A stretch of 64,000 nucleotides of DNA from Candidatus Bathyarchaeota archaeon (GTDB lineage: Archaea > Thermoproteota > Bathyarchaeia > Bathyarchaeales > Bathycorpusculaceae). Below are positions 33,040 to 44,114 of the stretch, one piece after another (the stretch's first letter is position 1; the number at the start of each line of letters is the position of its first letter). Both the position numbers and the translations under genes were made by a program. Under the pieces are notes generated by a model, which worked only from the letters and a program-made list of their open reading frames with translations, searched no databases and was not told where the DNA came from. The stretch spans positions 320,001 to 384,000 of the forward strand of contig CAWABA010000006.1 of the NCBI GenBank assembly GCA_963780185.1, in the 5' to 3' direction.

Positions 33040-33972
33040 ATGTCAACGGTATCAATTATAAAAGGCACAGATCCGAGATTAATGGTTAAGGAATCCATAG
33101 ACTTGATCGGCGGCATCGGTTCTTTTGTTAAGCCAAATGACAAAGTTTTGATCAAACCAAATTTATGTACAAACAAAACACCCGAAACTGGCGCCACTAC
33201 GGACCCACGAATAGTTCGCGCTATTATAGAGCTGATAAAACCAATTACCTCAGACATTTCAATTGTCGAATCTAACGTGGCTGGTGTGGATGCCGAATTA
33301 GTGTGGAATTTATGCGGCTATTTTGATTTGGCTCAGGAAACGGGAGTAAAACTAGTTAACTTATCTAAAAATCCCACAACTACACGAAATGGCTATCCTT
33401 TGCCGACATTGCTCTTCGAGGATTATGTGCTTGTAAATGTTCCTAAGATTAAAACCAACGAGATCACGACTATAACTTGCGGGCTAAAAAATGTCTTCGG
33501 GCTAATTGCAAATAGGCATCGGGCCAAGTACCACAAGACCATCGATAAAGTCATCGTTGATTTGAATAAGATGTTTCGATCGCGTCTCACTGTTGTCGAT
33601 GGATTGATGGGCATGGAGGGCAACGGTCCCGTCGCAGGTGACCCAGTAGAAATGAATCTTGTACTTGCTGGAGCTGATGTAGTCGCCGTGGACGCTGTTG
33701 TCTCGACAATCATTGGTGTAAATCCAACTGAAGTCTCTCATATCGTCAAATCAGTTGAAGCGAATCTGGGAACGGCTGATATGTCTCAGATCGTTACGAA
33801 AGGGCAGGACATTGGAAAGGTAAAACGAAGGTTCAAGCTGCCGTCCTCCGTTCCTCGCATGAGGCGCCTAAAATACCGATTAATGGAGCATTCTGAAATG
33901 TTTGGCATCCGCCAAGCTGTCAGCGTATTAAGCTGGTGGCGTCGAAGAAGAAACTTGAAGGAAGGTGTTTGA
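33040..33972 (+). CDS. DUF362 domain-containing protein
   Basis: KVLIKPNL, TTDP, VNVPKIKT, CGLKNVFG, VDGLMGMEGNGP and D.VAVD motifs. Confidence 0.88.
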   Translation: MSTVSIIKGTDPRLMVKESIDLIGGIGSFVKPNDKVLIKPNLCTNKTPETGATTDPRIVRAIIELIKPITSDISIVESNVAGVDAELVWNLCGYFDLAQETGVKLVNLSKNPTTTRNGYPLPTLLFEDYVLVNVPKIKTNEITTITCGLKNVFGLIANRHRAKYHKTIDKVIVDLNKMFRSRLTVVDGLMGMEGNGPVAGDPVEMNLVLAGADVVAVDAVVSTIIGVNPTEVSHIVKSVEANLGTADMSQIVTKGQDIGKVKRRFKLPSSVPRMRRLKYRLMEHSEMFGIRQAVSVLSWWRRRRNLKEGV

Positions 33973-35392
33973 TTTGGACGTGACTCTGATTAATCCGCCT
34001 CACTCATTTATGGAGGCACATCGGGGTGGGAGAAAAAGTCCAAAGGCACTTCTCTCGTATCCTCCGCTTGGATTATTGTACTTAGCTTCAGTGTTGGAGA
34101 AAGAAAATATAAAAGTGAAAGTCATCGATTCTCCAGCCGACGGAAGCAACGTGGAAGACATAATTCACGTAATTGAAAACGAAAAGCCGTCTATCGTTGG
34201 AATGACAGCGACAACGCCCCAAACCCAATCAGCGGTCCATCTGGCAAAGGCTTTGAGAACAAAGTTTGAAAATACTGTGCATGTCGGGTTGGGCGGAGCG
34301 CATATAAGCGCCGATCCGGATTTCATCACGCGTTTTCCTTATTTTGATTTTGGCTTGACAGGTGAAGGGGAAACAACGTTTCTTGAGATCGTGAAGAAAA
34401 TTTTGGGCGGTGAACAAGTAAAAGGGGTTTATCATGGAGAACCATCCTCGAACCTCGACAGTGTGCCTTTTCCCGCTAGGCATCTGATCAATAGTGATCT
34501 CTACTTTATGCCGATTAATGCAAAGAAATTTACCTCTATTATCACTAGTCGAGGCTGTCCGTACGACTGTTTATATTGCAGTCGTCCAGTTATCGGCAAA
34601 AATGTTAGATATCGATCCCCAGAGAACGTAGTTACCGAGATGGAAGAATGCATACAAAAATTCGGAACTGAATGGTTCCAATTTGTCGATGACAGCTCAA
34701 CATTAAATAAAAATCATATGCTTCAGATATGCAAAGAACTGACTGATCGAAGATTAAACGTCAAATGGGGCTGCCAAACAAGAATCGACTTAGTAGATGA
34801 AACATTGCTGAAAATCATGCATGAAGCAGGTTGTCGGGAAATATCTTTCGGAGTTGAATCGGGCAGTAACAGAATCAGAACTATCCTTCGAAAAAGATTC
34901 GGCGATGAGAGCGTTTTTAAGGCCTTTAAACTTTGCCGAAAGATAGGAATCGAAACGACTGCTTTCCTTCTATTGGGGCTTCCAACTGAGACACGAGACG
35001 AGCTATATGAAACGGTGAATTTCGGGAAAAAAATTGACGCCGATTACGTTGAAGTTCATGTAAGCACGCCTTTTCCAGGATCCGACTTGTTTAATCTTGC
35101 GGTTAAGGAAGACGTTATCCCAGCTGATATCTGGGACATATATGTTGAAGGCAAATTAGGAAGCACTCTTCCACTTTATATTCCGAGCTCGCTAACACGT
35201 GAAGAAGTGCAGGAAGCTCAAAAGCAAGCCTACAAAAAATTCTATTTTAGGGCTTCATACATTTTCCGGCGGCTATCACAAGATATACACTCCTTGCAGA
35301 AGTTGAAACGGGATCTGGCAGTGGCCCGCAGTTTGACGGATTGGGGATCAAGCCTGAGAATAAAACCTGCGCACCCTGAAGCAACAAGTTGA
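33965..35392 (+). CDS. Cobalamin-dependent (class B) radical SAM protein
   Basis: PPLGLLYLAS, GGAH and GEGE B12-binding domain; TSRGCPYDCLYC, FGVESG and PFPGS motifs. Confidence 0.92.
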   Translation: MFDLDVTLINPPHSFMEAHRGGRKSPKALLSYPPLGLLYLASVLEKENIKVKVIDSPADGSNVEDIIHVIENEKPSIVGMTATTPQTQSAVHLAKALRTKFENTVHVGLGGAHISADPDFITRFPYFDFGLTGEGETTFLEIVKKILGGEQVKGVYHGEPSSNLDSVPFPARHLINSDLYFMPINAKKFTSIITSRGCPYDCLYCSRPVIGKNVRYRSPENVVTEMEECIQKFGTEWFQFVDDSSTLNKNHMLQICKELTDRRLNVKWGCQTRIDLVDETLLKIMHEAGCREISFGVESGSNRIRTILRKRFGDESVFKAFKLCRKIGIETTAFLLLGLPTETRDELYETVNFGKKIDADYVEVHVSTPFPGSDLFNLAVKEDVIPADIWDIYVEGKLGSTLPLYIPSSLTREEVQEAQKQAYKKFYFRASYIFRRLSQDIHSLQKLKRDLAVARSLTDWGSSLRIKPAHPEATS

Positions 35393-35528
35393 TTGAACCG
35401 AATTTTTTCCTTTTTTTTGCAAACTAACGTTTTCGTAAGTTTATGTCCAAATATCGTTGTGCAAAGACTCCATATATTCGACGTGGCAAACTTCTTTTAA
35501 AGAAGGGTTTCATTAAAATTTTGAAATA

Positions 35529-35555
35529 TGAATTGTGGGTTCATAATTACTATAT
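35529..35555 (+). promoter_or_regulatory. Shared promoter/operator element, copy B (TGAATTGTGGGTTCATAATTACTATAT)
   Basis: 24/27 identity with 32111..32137; upstream of the YfhO-like gene. Confidence 0.65.
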
Positions 35556-35694
35556 AATACGGAAATAGTTATTTGAAATGTTGATTACATGAAGAGAAGG
35601 CTAACTGTTAACGTAGAAGTTAACCCAAATCTGCGGGTAGTTGACTTTGAGTTTTCCTATCGTGCACGGTCGCAATTAACTCTTCCCGGAAAAA

Positions 35695-38600
35695 ATGTTT
35701 TTTGAGGAGCGCCCCGTGAAAAACAAAGAAGTCTTGTTTTACGCTGCGATTTCATTTGCTTTCACACTTTGGTATTGTAGATTTGTTTTTGCCCCAAGTA
35801 GTCAAATGTTGGGTGGCTTGGCATATGTAGACAATTTTGCGAAAACTGATAATTATCAAACTCTTGCAATTATTATGACAAACCTAAAAATTGTGCATTC
35901 GGGGAACTTTCCGTTTGGGAGTTTTTGGCTTTTCAATTATTACGGGGGCGCGATTGCAACCTTCTTCCATGCGAGTTTAATCCCTTATATCGGTGACAGC
36001 TCTCTTCTAGGAATATCACTCATCACAAACAATCCTGTTCTGGGGTTAAAAATTCTTGTATGCGCATTAATTTTTGTCTCCCAATTTTGCGCTTACAAGT
36101 TTGCAAAGTTTCATTTTCATAAAACCTCCATCGCTTGGATATTTTCGTTGGCCTATTCGTTCAGTACTTTTTACTTTACTCACATTAACAACGGAGTAAT
36201 CGATTTCATCGTAGCAGCCGCGGTGCTACCTGGTGTGCTGCTCTTGTTTGAGAAAATGTTTGCCTCTCCAAATAGGACAAACATGGCTTACGCGACCTTT
36301 TCCTTAATCATCTTATTCTTTGGTGATTTACAAATAACTATCTTTTCCCTTTTCTACATCATACTGAGAATAATCTTTTACCTTGCAACGTACCAGAACA
36401 AAGAGAAAACCATCGCCCTTTTAAAGAGACTTGCAGAGGGTACAGCACTATTTGTATTATCCATCGCGCCATTTTTAATCAGTTTCTCGATGCTTCAAGA
36501 CGTCGGCACACTTTCCGTGCCCACGATCCCTTCATATTACCTAATCAATGCTTCGTTGTTCTTCCAAAGAGTCGTCAATATTTCACTGCATGAACCTGCG
36601 TCATACTATATTGGTCTAGTCATGTTAGTCTTTGCATTACTACCAATAATTGTTTATAGAAAACAGAATAAGTCAAACAACCAAAACTATCTTTTTTACT
36701 TAATCAGTTTTGTTTTTTTTCTTTTAATCGCCATAGGAACGCCTTTATCAACATTAGTGACCTCATTGTTTGTTCGAGTCCCAGAGAGAGATCAAATCCT
36801 AATCGATTTATGCATCTACATGTGTGCTGGATATGGACTTTTATCATTAAGCGAGTTAATCAACCAGAAGCTGCCAAAGATCCATTGGATAAGAAAAAGG
36901 AAACTGATTCATACTTTCCTAACTGTAGCCGTAGCAGCCGTCGTGCTTCTCGATCTAACTGCTGGAATAGCGCCAGTTACAAATCCAGTTCCACAGTTCA
37001 CAGGCGGCGACAACTTCATTAAAAATCAAACAGGTGACTTCCGAGTTCTGAGATTACCCTTTGATTTGGGGGTATTCAGATTATGAATCCCAACTCCTTA
37101 ATCATGAAATAATCGGCATGGGGGTGATTGGCCTGAGAGATTACCCTTCAAACAGCGAGCTTTTCACGTCATTATCAAATATGTGGCAAAGTATACCTCA
37201 GCGTTTAGGAGTTAATGCTGCAAACCTAACTTTGTTTTCAACTTTATGCGGCACAAAATATGTCTTAATTAAAACAAACGTTGTCGACGCAAACTATTAT
37301 GTCAATTACTTCAATAACGCATCGCAATATTTCACTCCAGTATACCAGGACAACGATTCAATAGTCTATGAGAATCTCTATTTCCAAGGCATTGCCTTTG
37401 CAGTTAAGGACAATGGAACCATTCCCAATATATCAAATCTAACACTAGACGGCCTTTCAAATATGTCTCTTCCCAACGCTCAAGTTAGCTGCACCGAAAG
37501 CTTCAACAAAATCGAAATGACAGCGGATGTATCTGAACCAGCATATGTAATCCTTAGCCAGTCTTACTATCCATACTGGGTTTTGAACAACACAAAAAAC
37601 TCGTCAGAAAGCTCATCAGCCTTCATACCGTTCCTAGGCGTTTCGGCGCTCCAAGTTGAACCTGGAACAACTACCATAAACGCAGTTTTCTCAGCTGCAG
37701 ACCAAACCTGGAATCTGTACATCTGTTGCTTTGTTCCACTTCTTTTAATCTGTCTAGTCCTTTACGCGGATTCCAAATGCAAGAAGACATTATTCAAACT
37801 TGGTTCGGCTTCATTACTTGTTTCTGGCATTATCATTGCATTTCTGAGTTTTCTGGGAACCAGCTTGGCGCCGTCGTTTTTGCCCGCTTGGACTGGTTTT
37901 GGAGTCTTTAACAAGCTGCTTTTTGGTTTAGGATTCGTGGTTATTTTAGGTGCGGTCCTTATCGTCTTCAAAGACAAAATCTTTGCGCTTCCCGGCTTGT
38001 CCCGGCTAGATAGTAAAAAATCGCTAAAACCTTTGACAAGAATAGACAAGCGGTCAAATCTGGTGTTCGAACGGGTTTCCCAATTTGGTAACCAGGTTAG
38101 CACAACGTTGAAGTCCAAGCTGATGCCTCTAGATGAACTCATCCAGAATTTACTTCGAATCTTGCTAGTTATGTTTTTGTTTTTCGTTTTCTTGGCCAAC
38201 ATTCCTGGACTGTTTTCTGACGCAAGCAGTTGGCTAAATAAAAGCGCTTTGGGCACAATCTTTTGTTTGGCGCTGTTATTCGCCATAAAAGTTTTCGTTA
38301 TAGAGAATGGAAAGAGTGCTTCGCCAACAATCGCTCCCATCAGTGAACCCTCGAAATGCGCCGCCGCAAAGCAGGATAATTTCATCGGACGTTTGCATTT
38401 AGGATTGTTAGGTGGGCTCGCAGGAGTTGTTGTTGCGGGATTGCTCATGCGCGTATTCACAACGTATTCTCATACAGTTTGTTTTCAAGGGTTTTTATTG
38501 TGTGGGTTTCTGTGCTGGGTTAGGGTTTGGGGCCTTGACGAATGGCAATGTGCGGCTGCGCGGTGCGGTTGGCTGCGTTTTCGGTTTTGTCGCCATCATT

Positions 38601-38852
38601 TTTGGGCTTATCATGACGTACACTACTCCAATAATTATTGGTTACATGGGTTCGGTTTCGACCAATTTGTCAACGCCTATTTACTTATGGCATCAGTACA
38701 CTTTCGCCCAATTCGTCGTTATGCAGCTAACGAGCCTGGATGGTTTGTATTACACATTCTTCGGGCTATTAGCGGCGTTCTTGATTGCTTCGAGATTGGC
38801 GATAAAACTCAAACTTAACAAGAAATCTTCCGATCTTACAGCGGCAAAGTGA
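35695..38852 (+). CDS. Large YfhO/PTPS-related-type GT-C membrane protein (frameshifts near 37060 and 38515)
   Basis: FWLFNYYGG, multi-TM, RVPER, GDFRVL, KYVL..., VYEN and LSQSYYPYW YfhO-like motifs; extra C-terminal membrane domain. Confidence 0.7.
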
Positions 38853-39179
38853 TAAAGCCCACGCTTTATCAGATTTTGCGTGTCTCCATTGGTCGCTGGT
38901 TTTTTGCCTTTTTTATTTGGGAGATATCAAATCGGCTTGCCTTTATTTGAACAAAGGCTGCCCGTTTGGCTATTACATTTTGCATCAGCTCTTTGAAGAA
39001 AATGAAAAACTAAACTTTACGAAAAATCGACGCCACTTCGGTGCTTCAGCCAAAATAAACACCAAAAAAATTGACCAAAAAGAGCGTGTGTAATTTTCAA
39101 AGACTAACCAACTTATGTTCCTAAAGATGGATTATATCTTTGTCTCTTAGCTGCTCGTCATTGTTATGACAGTTATCAT

Positions 39180-40853
39180 TTACTTCCTTGACTTTAAGAA
39201 GTAAACTATGCCAATAGCCGCCATGGCACCAAAGAATCCTGCAACAATAAAAAGTGAATATTTGACGTAGAGTGGCTGAGGAATCACAGTTACCACCAGC
39301 TGTTGGCTATCTGCACTGAAAGATGTTTTGGTTTCAAAACAAGTTGCACTAACAACCCACTGTCCACATGATTTAGGTTGGAAGGTTGCCGCAAAAGTAC
39401 CATCACTCTTTACAGCGCAATTTATCGTTTTAGTTGAGTTGACACTGTTGAATTGCACTTGAACTGTGAAGTTATTAAGGCTTGGTTTGAGAACTCCGTC
39501 GATCGTGATGTTTCCGCCAAGGCGAATTTGATCTTTGACCGCCGTTATGTTTAAAATTAACGGCTCTTTTACGGTGTAGTTGCCTGAGACTGCCAAGTTA
39601 TTCTCGAGAACATCAACTGCTTTAATTTCGTAGTTAACCAATGACCCCGTCGGCTGTCCTGGAATTGTGGCATTGCATGCTTGATTGGTGACATTCATAT
39701 TAACATCAGCTTTAGTGATCCAATTGTTGGTTGTGTATGATAGCTGCGCTTTGTCCAAATTAGCGCCGTTTGACCTGTAGGAGATTTCGGTCGGTGCGTT
39801 TGGAGAAACTCTGCTTGGAATAGTCAAGGGCGTCAAGGTGGCTTTTTCAAAATTAGTCTTCAACATAAATGTAACGTTCCCTGAACCCGCCCCGCCCATT
39901 AGCACCATCTGATACAGGTTTGTCCCCGTATTTGGTGAAGTGTAATTTAGAAACATTGATTGTCCCATGCATTCGCCGCTCGCGTAAGCTACGCCAAGGT
40001 CGCTATTAGGCTCAAAGTTGTAGCCGCCGACGGCGCCGCTTAAATTACCATACAAGCCTGGCTCCCATGGCAGTGGAAAAGAGTTTAAGCTCGGAGATCC
40101 TGGGTCATTCATTAAGTAAAGTCTTGCTTGATACATGTCAACCGTTTCTGGAACCTTTACGTATAATTCAACATATGATGCGTTGGTCACAAATTCGTAG
40201 GCCCAGTTTGTGTAGAAACTTGGGCAGCTGTCCTTTAAGCCTTCAACATGACTAGTGTACCAAGTGTCGCACTTAAGGTTCTCAATTATCATAAAGGTAG
40301 CCTGCTGCGCCCCTACACTATCATAAGGATTATTCACTATAACAAAGGAATAGTTGCCTGATTGCGCCGGCACAAAAAGCGGATCATCAACCGTTGTGCC
40401 CAAGTTTGGCGGAAGACCAGCCGACTCCGTGTGCGAACCCACCAAGTTTCCTTGCGGACCATAAACGTAAAAGTTGTAATCTGTCGTCGCCTTGGCTGGA
40501 GGATTTACCCATGATCCATAACAGTAAATATGGTAATTATGGCCTGCTTGCAAGGGGCAGATAATGGTCCAGTTTCCACCGACAGGTATCTGAGAGCCGT
40601 TAACTAGCACTGGGAACATGGGTTTTTCAACGTAAGTAAAGTTTCCTTTAGAGTTGACGTAGGTATGCACGTAGTTGTTATATTCTGAGGTGGTTGTTAA
40701 CTGGAGGCTTGAAGCTGTAGCCATGAATAAGGGACTGGTTATTAAAACTACGATTATTACCAGTGGTGGGATTTTTAGTGGGGGTTTAATTTTTGGGTTC
40801 ATGGCTAACAGCTTGCAAAGCCCGTGGTTCTGTGTATTGTGCGTGCTGGACAA
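39180..40853 (-). CDS. Cell-surface protein with beta-sandwich/Ig-like domains and a C-terminal TM anchor
   Basis: Signal-like N-terminus, many N-x-S/T sequons, YTTNNW...ATIPGQPTGSLVNY module, C-terminal TM + KSRK. Confidence 0.7.
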   Translation of the reverse strand: MSSTHNTQNHGLCKLLAMNPKIKPPLKIPPLVIIVVLITSPLFMATASSLQLTTTSEYNNYVHTYVNSKGNFTYVEKPMFPVLVNGSQIPVGGNWTIICPLQAGHNYHIYCYGSWVNPPAKATTDYNFYVYGPQGNLVGSHTESAGLPPNLGTTVDDPLFVPAQSGNYSFVIVNNPYDSVGAQQATFMIIENLKCDTWYTSHVEGLKDSCPSFYTNWAYEFVTNASYVELYVKVPETVDMYQARLYLMNDPGSPSLNSFPLPWEPGLYGNLSGAVGGYNFEPNSDLGVAYASGECMGQSMFLNYTSPNTGTNLYQMVLMGGAGSGNVTFMLKTNFEKATLTPLTIPSRVSPNAPTEISYRSNGANLDKAQLSYTTNNWITKADVNMNVTNQACNATIPGQPTGSLVNYEIKAVDVLENNLAVSGNYTVKEPLILNITAVKDQIRLGGNITIDGVLKPSLNNFTVQVQFNSVNSTKTINCAVKSDGTFAATFQPKSCGQWVVSATCFETKTSFSADSQQLVVTVIPQPLYVKYSLFIVAGFFGAMAAIGIVYFLKSRK

Positions 40854-41184
40854 TATCTGTTATGAAGGGTGAATCAATATTCTTAAGATACAATTGATTT
40901 CGCAATAGGTTTCTATTGTGTGTTTTGTTGTTTAGAATCTTTGCCGTTTTGGCCCCTTTTTGGGTTAGCAGCGTTTTTGTGTGTCTCTACTGTTTCATAC
41001 AGTTATTCTTAATCAGTAGTTTCAACCAGTATAGTGTGTATTAAATCTCGCTACAGAAGACATTTATAAGAAAAAGCCTAATTGCTAATTCAATACGAGT
41101 GAGCAAAATGATGAACCTAAAAGTTTACTTAAAATTCCCAATAACTCACTCCGTCCATCCCCCAAAACAGGAGGTGAAAACACA

Positions 41185-41823
41185 ATGAATTACAATTCTT
41201 TCCACAAGTTACTAAAAAACAAGTACGCACTAAGCACAGTCGTGACAACGCTTATTATCCTAGTAATTTCAGTGCTATTGGCAAGCGTAGTCACATACTT
41301 CGCCATCAACGTCGTCAGCACAAGAGTCCAAGAAGAAAGCTTATCCTTAACCGATGCACACGTATGGCTTAACCCCAAAGGAACCCCAGGCGACGCAGAC
41401 TACTCAATGGCTTCACTTATGGTCATCAACACTGGCGGTAGAGACGTTGTCATCAACAAACTAGCCATCAGAGGCCAAGATGCACAGTGGACATCTGACG
41501 CACAATTCATAGTCTATTCGGTAACAGATAACCCTGTAGCCACAGACATGTACTTCCAGCCTACCATGCAAGTTGGAGGAGGAGCGGCAACGCAGACCTT
41601 CTATCTGAATCCTTCTGACACAAGCCAGCCTTCATACTCGTTCAGTTACGCTTCGACAGATATGGTCCTTAGATCAGGATATACAATGCTGCTGTACATA
41701 GTGAACCCTGATAGCATCACTATAAACGACATTGGCTTAACTGTAAGCATAACGCTCTACACAGCGCAAGCGATGTACTACCAAGAATGCAACGTACAAG
41801 CATACGCTTCGATATCAACATAG
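41185..41823 (+). CDS. Archaeal type IV pilin (paralog 1)
   Basis: Class III signal KNKYA|LSTVVTTLIILVISVLLA; GGAGGTGA RBS; INTGGRDVVI. Confidence 0.85.
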   Translation: MNYNSFHKLLKNKYALSTVVTTLIILVISVLLASVVTYFAINVVSTRVQEESLSLTDAHVWLNPKGTPGDADYSMASLMVINTGGRDVVINKLAIRGQDAQWTSDAQFIVYSVTDNPVATDMYFQPTMQVGGGAATQTFYLNPSDTSQPSYSFSYASTDMVLRSGYTMLLYIVNPDSITINDIGLTVSITLYTAQAMYYQECNVQAYASIST

Positions 41824-41969
41824 ACGGCGCCTATAAAGCAACGACTAATAACAGGGGATAATGTTAAGAAAACCCCGATTTTTTGTTTTTTTGTTTCTTT
41901 TTGTTATGTGTATTTTTTTGTATGCACAAGTTTACTTATCTTACTTTTGGTGATTTGTTTTCCAGTGAA

Positions 41970-42542
41970 ATGAAAATGAAAATGAAAAATATGCTTAAGA
42001 ATCGTTTGGCTCTAAGTACGGTCGTTACTACGCTGATTGTTCTAGTTGTTTCAGTGCTTCTCGCAGGAGTCGTTACTTACTATGCTATCAACGTTACCAG
42101 CACTCGGGTTCAGGAAGAAAGCCTATCGCTGACATATCTACACGTTTGGTACAATCCAACTTCAAGTACTGCTCAAGGTGCTTTTGCCATAATTAACACT
42201 GGCGGTCGCGACGTAGTGATAAACAAAATCACAGTCAGAGGCCAATCCGCTGACTTCGGCAATGTATATACCGCGGTACAGTCACCCACCAGTGACCTTG
42301 GATACTCATCTGCACTCAGCGATGTCTACTATGGAACTACGTCTTCCTCTGTCGCCTTAACCAAGGGCACCACTGGCAGTGAAATCACCCTCAAATCAGG
42401 TGATACACTGGTCGTTTACATAAGCAGCCCAGATAGCATCACCATTAATGACATAGGCTTAACCGTTGGAATAACGGTGTTCACTTCGCAGGCAATGTAC
42501 TACCAAGAAGCTAACGTTCAAGCTTACCAGGCAAGCACCTAA
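41970..42542 (+). CDS. Archaeal type IV pilin (paralog 2)
   Basis: KNRLA|LSTVVTTLIVLVVSVLLA; shares STRVQEESLSL, INTGGRDVVINK, PDSITINDIGLTV and QAMYYQE with paralog 1. Confidence 0.85.
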   Translation: MKMKMKNMLKNRLALSTVVTTLIVLVVSVLLAGVVTYYAINVTSTRVQEESLSLTYLHVWYNPTSSTAQGAFAIINTGGRDVVINKITVRGQSADFGNVYTAVQSPTSDLGYSSALSDVYYGTTSSSVALTKGTTGSEITLKSGDTLVVYISSPDSITINDIGLTVGITVFTSQAMYYQEANVQAYQAST

Positions 42543-42611
42543 TAAGCTCAATAAGAACCCCCCACACCCCCACATTTCTTTTTCTTTCTCTTTTTTTGTT
42601 CATCAAACCAT

Positions 42612-42718
42612 GTGACCCTGACAAGATCGCCATAAATGCCATTGGCTTAACTGTAAGTAAAACGCTCTGCAAGCTCAGAAGATGCATGAGCATTTTTTGT
42701 ATGCACAAGCTTACTTAT
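42612..42718 (+). repeat. Degenerate duplicate of the pilin-1 3' region and the pilin-2 upstream element
   Basis: CATTGGCTTAACTGTAAG identical to 41730..41747; TTTTTTGTATGCACAAGyTTACTTAT matches 41914..41939. Confidence 0.75.
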
Positions 42719-42839
42719 GGGTTTGATCAGTTTTCCGGCGTTTTTTTTTGCAAGCCATATGTAATTTGTTTATACACACAAACGGCTTAATCCACTCTTC
42801 AAGCTTTTCTATATTAAATATGCTCTTGGGATGATGTGA

Positions 42840-43669
42840 TTGGTTTCAAGCTTGCAAGGTCGACTCTTCAGGAGGTTTGTTCGATCTAAAGTTGCTTTAG
42901 CAATTCCAGTTACATTCCTGATACTTTTGGTTTCAACATTAAGCATTATTTCGGTTACCTATTACTTTTCAGTTGCAAACCTCAACACGCAAAGCAAAGC
43001 TCTTAAAGTTTCGACAGCCCAACAAAACTTTGTGTCTTTGGACAATGTTATTCTTTCAACTTTAGGGCAGCCTGGTTCCTCAGCCACGTTTGACTTAGGA
43101 GATTCAGGCGGAATAACAAACGTTCAACCAACCAGCAATATTCTCACAATCTACGTCAACTATGGTATTGATGAAACTATCTTTAACGCGTCCGTAGGTC
43201 AAGTTGCCTATGAACTTCCGTGTTCAGGCTCAATTGAAACGGGCTTTTACATGGCAGGAGACAGCCAAACAATAACCAAACAAAGCGGCTCTTCGCCAAG
43301 TCAACTTTACATAACAGTGGACTTCATGGGCCTGAGATCCAGTTGCAGTTTCGGCCAACAGTGACGTATGCTGCTGCCGGATTGAAAAATGGTCTAGCCG
43401 TCACCAACATTCGCGTGTATATAGTCAACCTGAACTCTTCAGATCCAATAGCTTTACATGGCGAGCTTCCCCTGCAAATCTTTTGCACGAGTACACAATT
43501 AACAACTGAAACTCTCCAAGTTTCCAATCAACAAAACTTGGTTATAACTTCACAGTTGAACGGTGCCAATGGAAGCGTTTCCATTCCAATCTCAGGCACA
43601 CGTGAAGGCTCAATAATCAACATAGAAACCGTAATTTCTAACATATCAATCGAGAGGCGGATTAGCTAA
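42840..43669 (+). CDS. Minor pilin-like protein (frameshift near 43330)
   Basis: RSKVA|LAIPVTFLILLV class III-like signal; the second ORF continues the beta-rich domain. Confidence 0.65.
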
Positions 43670-43670
43670 A

Positions 43671-44114
43671 ATGGTCTCGATGATTCCAAGTTACGTGTAC
43701 TCACTGCTTGCAACTCTTATCGTTGGCACAATCATAGTTTCCAGTTGCAGCATTTCAATGGTAAGCATAAAGAATGACGCAGAAAGCCAACAGTTAGCCA
43801 ATGTTGACGAATACGTAGCGACACAAAGCCTAACTCTATTAACTCAAACAACTCAAGATAGACAAAATACAACTCAATTCCTGGATCTTCCTTCACAAAT
43901 TGGAAACCAAGAATACTGGGTATGTATAGCAAACGACTCGTCTAGGGCATGGGTTACATCTGGCTTTGGAGCGACTGCTATCCTAAGTCAACCACAAATA
44001 TACTTGCCAGCTAACGTCGTGGCATCAGGAAGCTTCGTTAGCGCTTGGGGAAGAGCTTTTCTACAATGTTGCTACGAGAACCAAACTGTCACTTTAACAT
44101 TAACTAGTGAGTGA
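43671..44114 (+). CDS. Pilus-associated minor pilin-like protein
   Basis: N-terminal hydrophobic helix and LDLPSQIGNQEY motif; translationally coupled to the ATPase. Confidence 0.6.
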   Translation: MVSMIPSYVYSLLATLIVGTIIVSSCSISMVSIKNDAESQQLANVDEYVATQSLTLLTQTTQDRQNTTQFLDLPSQIGNQEYWVCIANDSSRAWVTSGFGATAILSQPQIYLPANVVASGSFVSAWGRAFLQCCYENQTVTLTLTSE

